From the IMG/VR virus record IMGVR_UViG_3300021197_001769: a DNA stretch of 64,000 nucleotides; one strand, given 5' to 3'. The stretch's first letter is position 1; every line of letters begins with the position of its first letter. Both the position numbers and the translations under genes were made by a program. The notes under the pieces were generated by a model, which saw only the letters and a program-made list of their open reading frames with translations, ran no database searches and was not told where the DNA came from. Positions 62,805-64,000 of the stretch are shown piece after piece. Source of the DNA: a virus.

Positions 62805-64000
62805 TTAAAAATTTCCTCTGTAGACATCGTTATACCATTCAGGTACAACAGCTTCATCTACAGAAGTCCAAACGTCTCCTTGACTATCAATTGTTGTCTC
62901 TAACATATTATCATAAGGTAAAAATCCGATTGGCATAACTTCATCTTCAATTTCGTCTAATTTTTGTTTGTACATATGCTGCTTAGCATTAGTATCGGTT
63001 AATTCTTTCCAGTATTCTGTACCTGCAGCCCATGCAAATAAAACTAAACACATAACTAGATCGTCATTACAGCCTGGTTCAGCTTCAAATGAGCCTGCTG
63101 TTGATTCACTTTTTCTAACAAACGTTGTTAATTCAACGTATACATCATAATCTTCTACTATTAATTTGTCTGCTTCAATTAAAGACTTTAAATTAGAACA
63201 ACCATTTGTCTTAACTGAATGCGATGTTGTAACTCCTAACTTAGCTCCTGGACCTGATCCTAACTGAAAACCAGCTCTGCCTTTAGAAACAGTAGATAAT
63301 ATATTTTCGTATTCAAATTCTTGTTGTACACCTACAGCTACTTGTTGACCCACATCGTTAACTTCAATAAGTACCCATGCTTGATTATAATATCTCCCTA
63401 AGTTAACTATAAAGTTTGGAAAAATCATAGGTGATACTTCATTTGATCTAAACTTAGCAACTACTTTATAAGGTACAGCTGTTATATCTACTATTACAAA
63501 TGCACTATAATCTAATCTAATTCCTCTAGCAGAATCAACACACATAATATAATTATGACCTGGTTTAGGATCTTCATAATAGTCTATAGACTCTTGATTA
63601 CGTATAGGTGCTATGTAAGCCATTTGACCTAATTTACCAGGCGCTATGAGAGTATTGCTTGAACCTATAAACTGACATTCAAACTCTTGTCTAAATTGAT
63701 CTTCAGATGTATTAGATATTTGTTCGTATTTCCAGTCTTCATCTCTACCTGGAACGTCCCACCAGTTTATTTCTATAGGAACAAATTTAGATCTATTCTC
63801 AGTAGACTCCATCCACATCTTATAAAAATGATTCATACCTTTAGGAGTAGATACTACTATCATTTTAGTATCAGTACCTGATGAAATAGTAGGGTAAACA
63901 GATCTAAAAAAATCTTCAGCATCGTTAGGAGGCACGAACGCAAATTCATCTAAGAATAATAACGAGAATGACATACCTCGAGCAGCTGATCCAGAAGACG
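62805..64000 (-). CDS. gp17: Terminase large subunit (5' part outside window)
   Basis: SSGSAARGMSFSLLFLDEFAF, STPKGMNHFY, FRQEFECQFIGS, DSARG..DYSAF, NDDLVM. Confidence 0.97.
   Translation of the reverse strand, partial: SSGSAARGMSFSLLFLDEFAFVPPNDAEDFFRSVYPTISSGTDTKMIVVSTPKGMNHFYKMWMESTENRSKFVPIEINWWDVPGRDEDWKYEQISNTSEDQFRQEFECQFIGSSNTLIAPGKLGQMAYIAPIRNQESIDYYEDPKPGHNYIMCVDSARGIRLDYSAFVIVDITAVPYKVVAKFRSNEVSPMIFPNFIVNLGRYYNQAWVLIEVNDVGQQVAVGVQQEFEYENILSTVSKGRAGFQLGSGPGAKLGVTTSHSVKTNGCSNLKSLIEADKLIVEDYDVYVELTTFVRKSESTAGSFEAEPGCNDDLVMCLVLFAWAAGTEYWKELTDTNAKQHMYKQKLDEIEDEVMPIGFLPYDNMLETTIDSQGDVWTSVDEAVVPEWYNDVYRGNF

Noticed and set aside
425-63881. Numerous short + strand ORFs in the track (e.g. 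425-655, 42487-42801, 54329-54628)
   Set aside because: They are antisense shadows of well-supported minus-strand genes, with no RBS or recognisable motifs; only phoH is credible on +

Overview
A 64-kb segment of an AT-rich T4-like myovirus genome of the marine cyanophage/pelagimyophage type. The host is probably a Gram-negative marine proteobacterium, inferred from kdsA, iscA, clpP and guaC; it cannot be fixed from sequence alone. Every credible gene except phoH is on the minus strand. In transcription order (right to left) the window holds: the 3' part of terminase gp17; six fibre/virion genes; gp18, gp19, gp20, a relocated gp13, prohead core genes, gp21, gp22, gp23 and gp3; modular basic proteins resembling internal head proteins; iscA; 2OG-Fe(II) oxygenases; phoH; uvsY-uvsW-gp55-gp47-gp46; a ~14.6-kb glycosylation cluster (kdsA, four KpsC/KpsS-like proteins, GT2/GT8/GT25-type transferases, epimerase, methyltransferases, pyruvyl transferase); clpP; an early region with four repeated sigma70 promoters, a structured non-coding segment and tRNA-Arg(UCU); a PRTase plus guaC; and gp45-gp44-gp62-regA-gp43. 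The main unexplained signal is about 70 Asp-Ser-Asp/Glu tripeptides (manual count) spread over unrelated tail/fibre/neck proteins and kept in helical register in coiled coils. I propose these are a sequon for phage-encoded virion modification, most simply O-glycosylation by the cluster in the same window; this is inference. Other notable signals are modular internal-protein-like polyproteins, a third (middle-like) promoter class AACTTTTT-N12-TATAAT, and an early structured RNA beginning with a Met-Thr-stop minigene.
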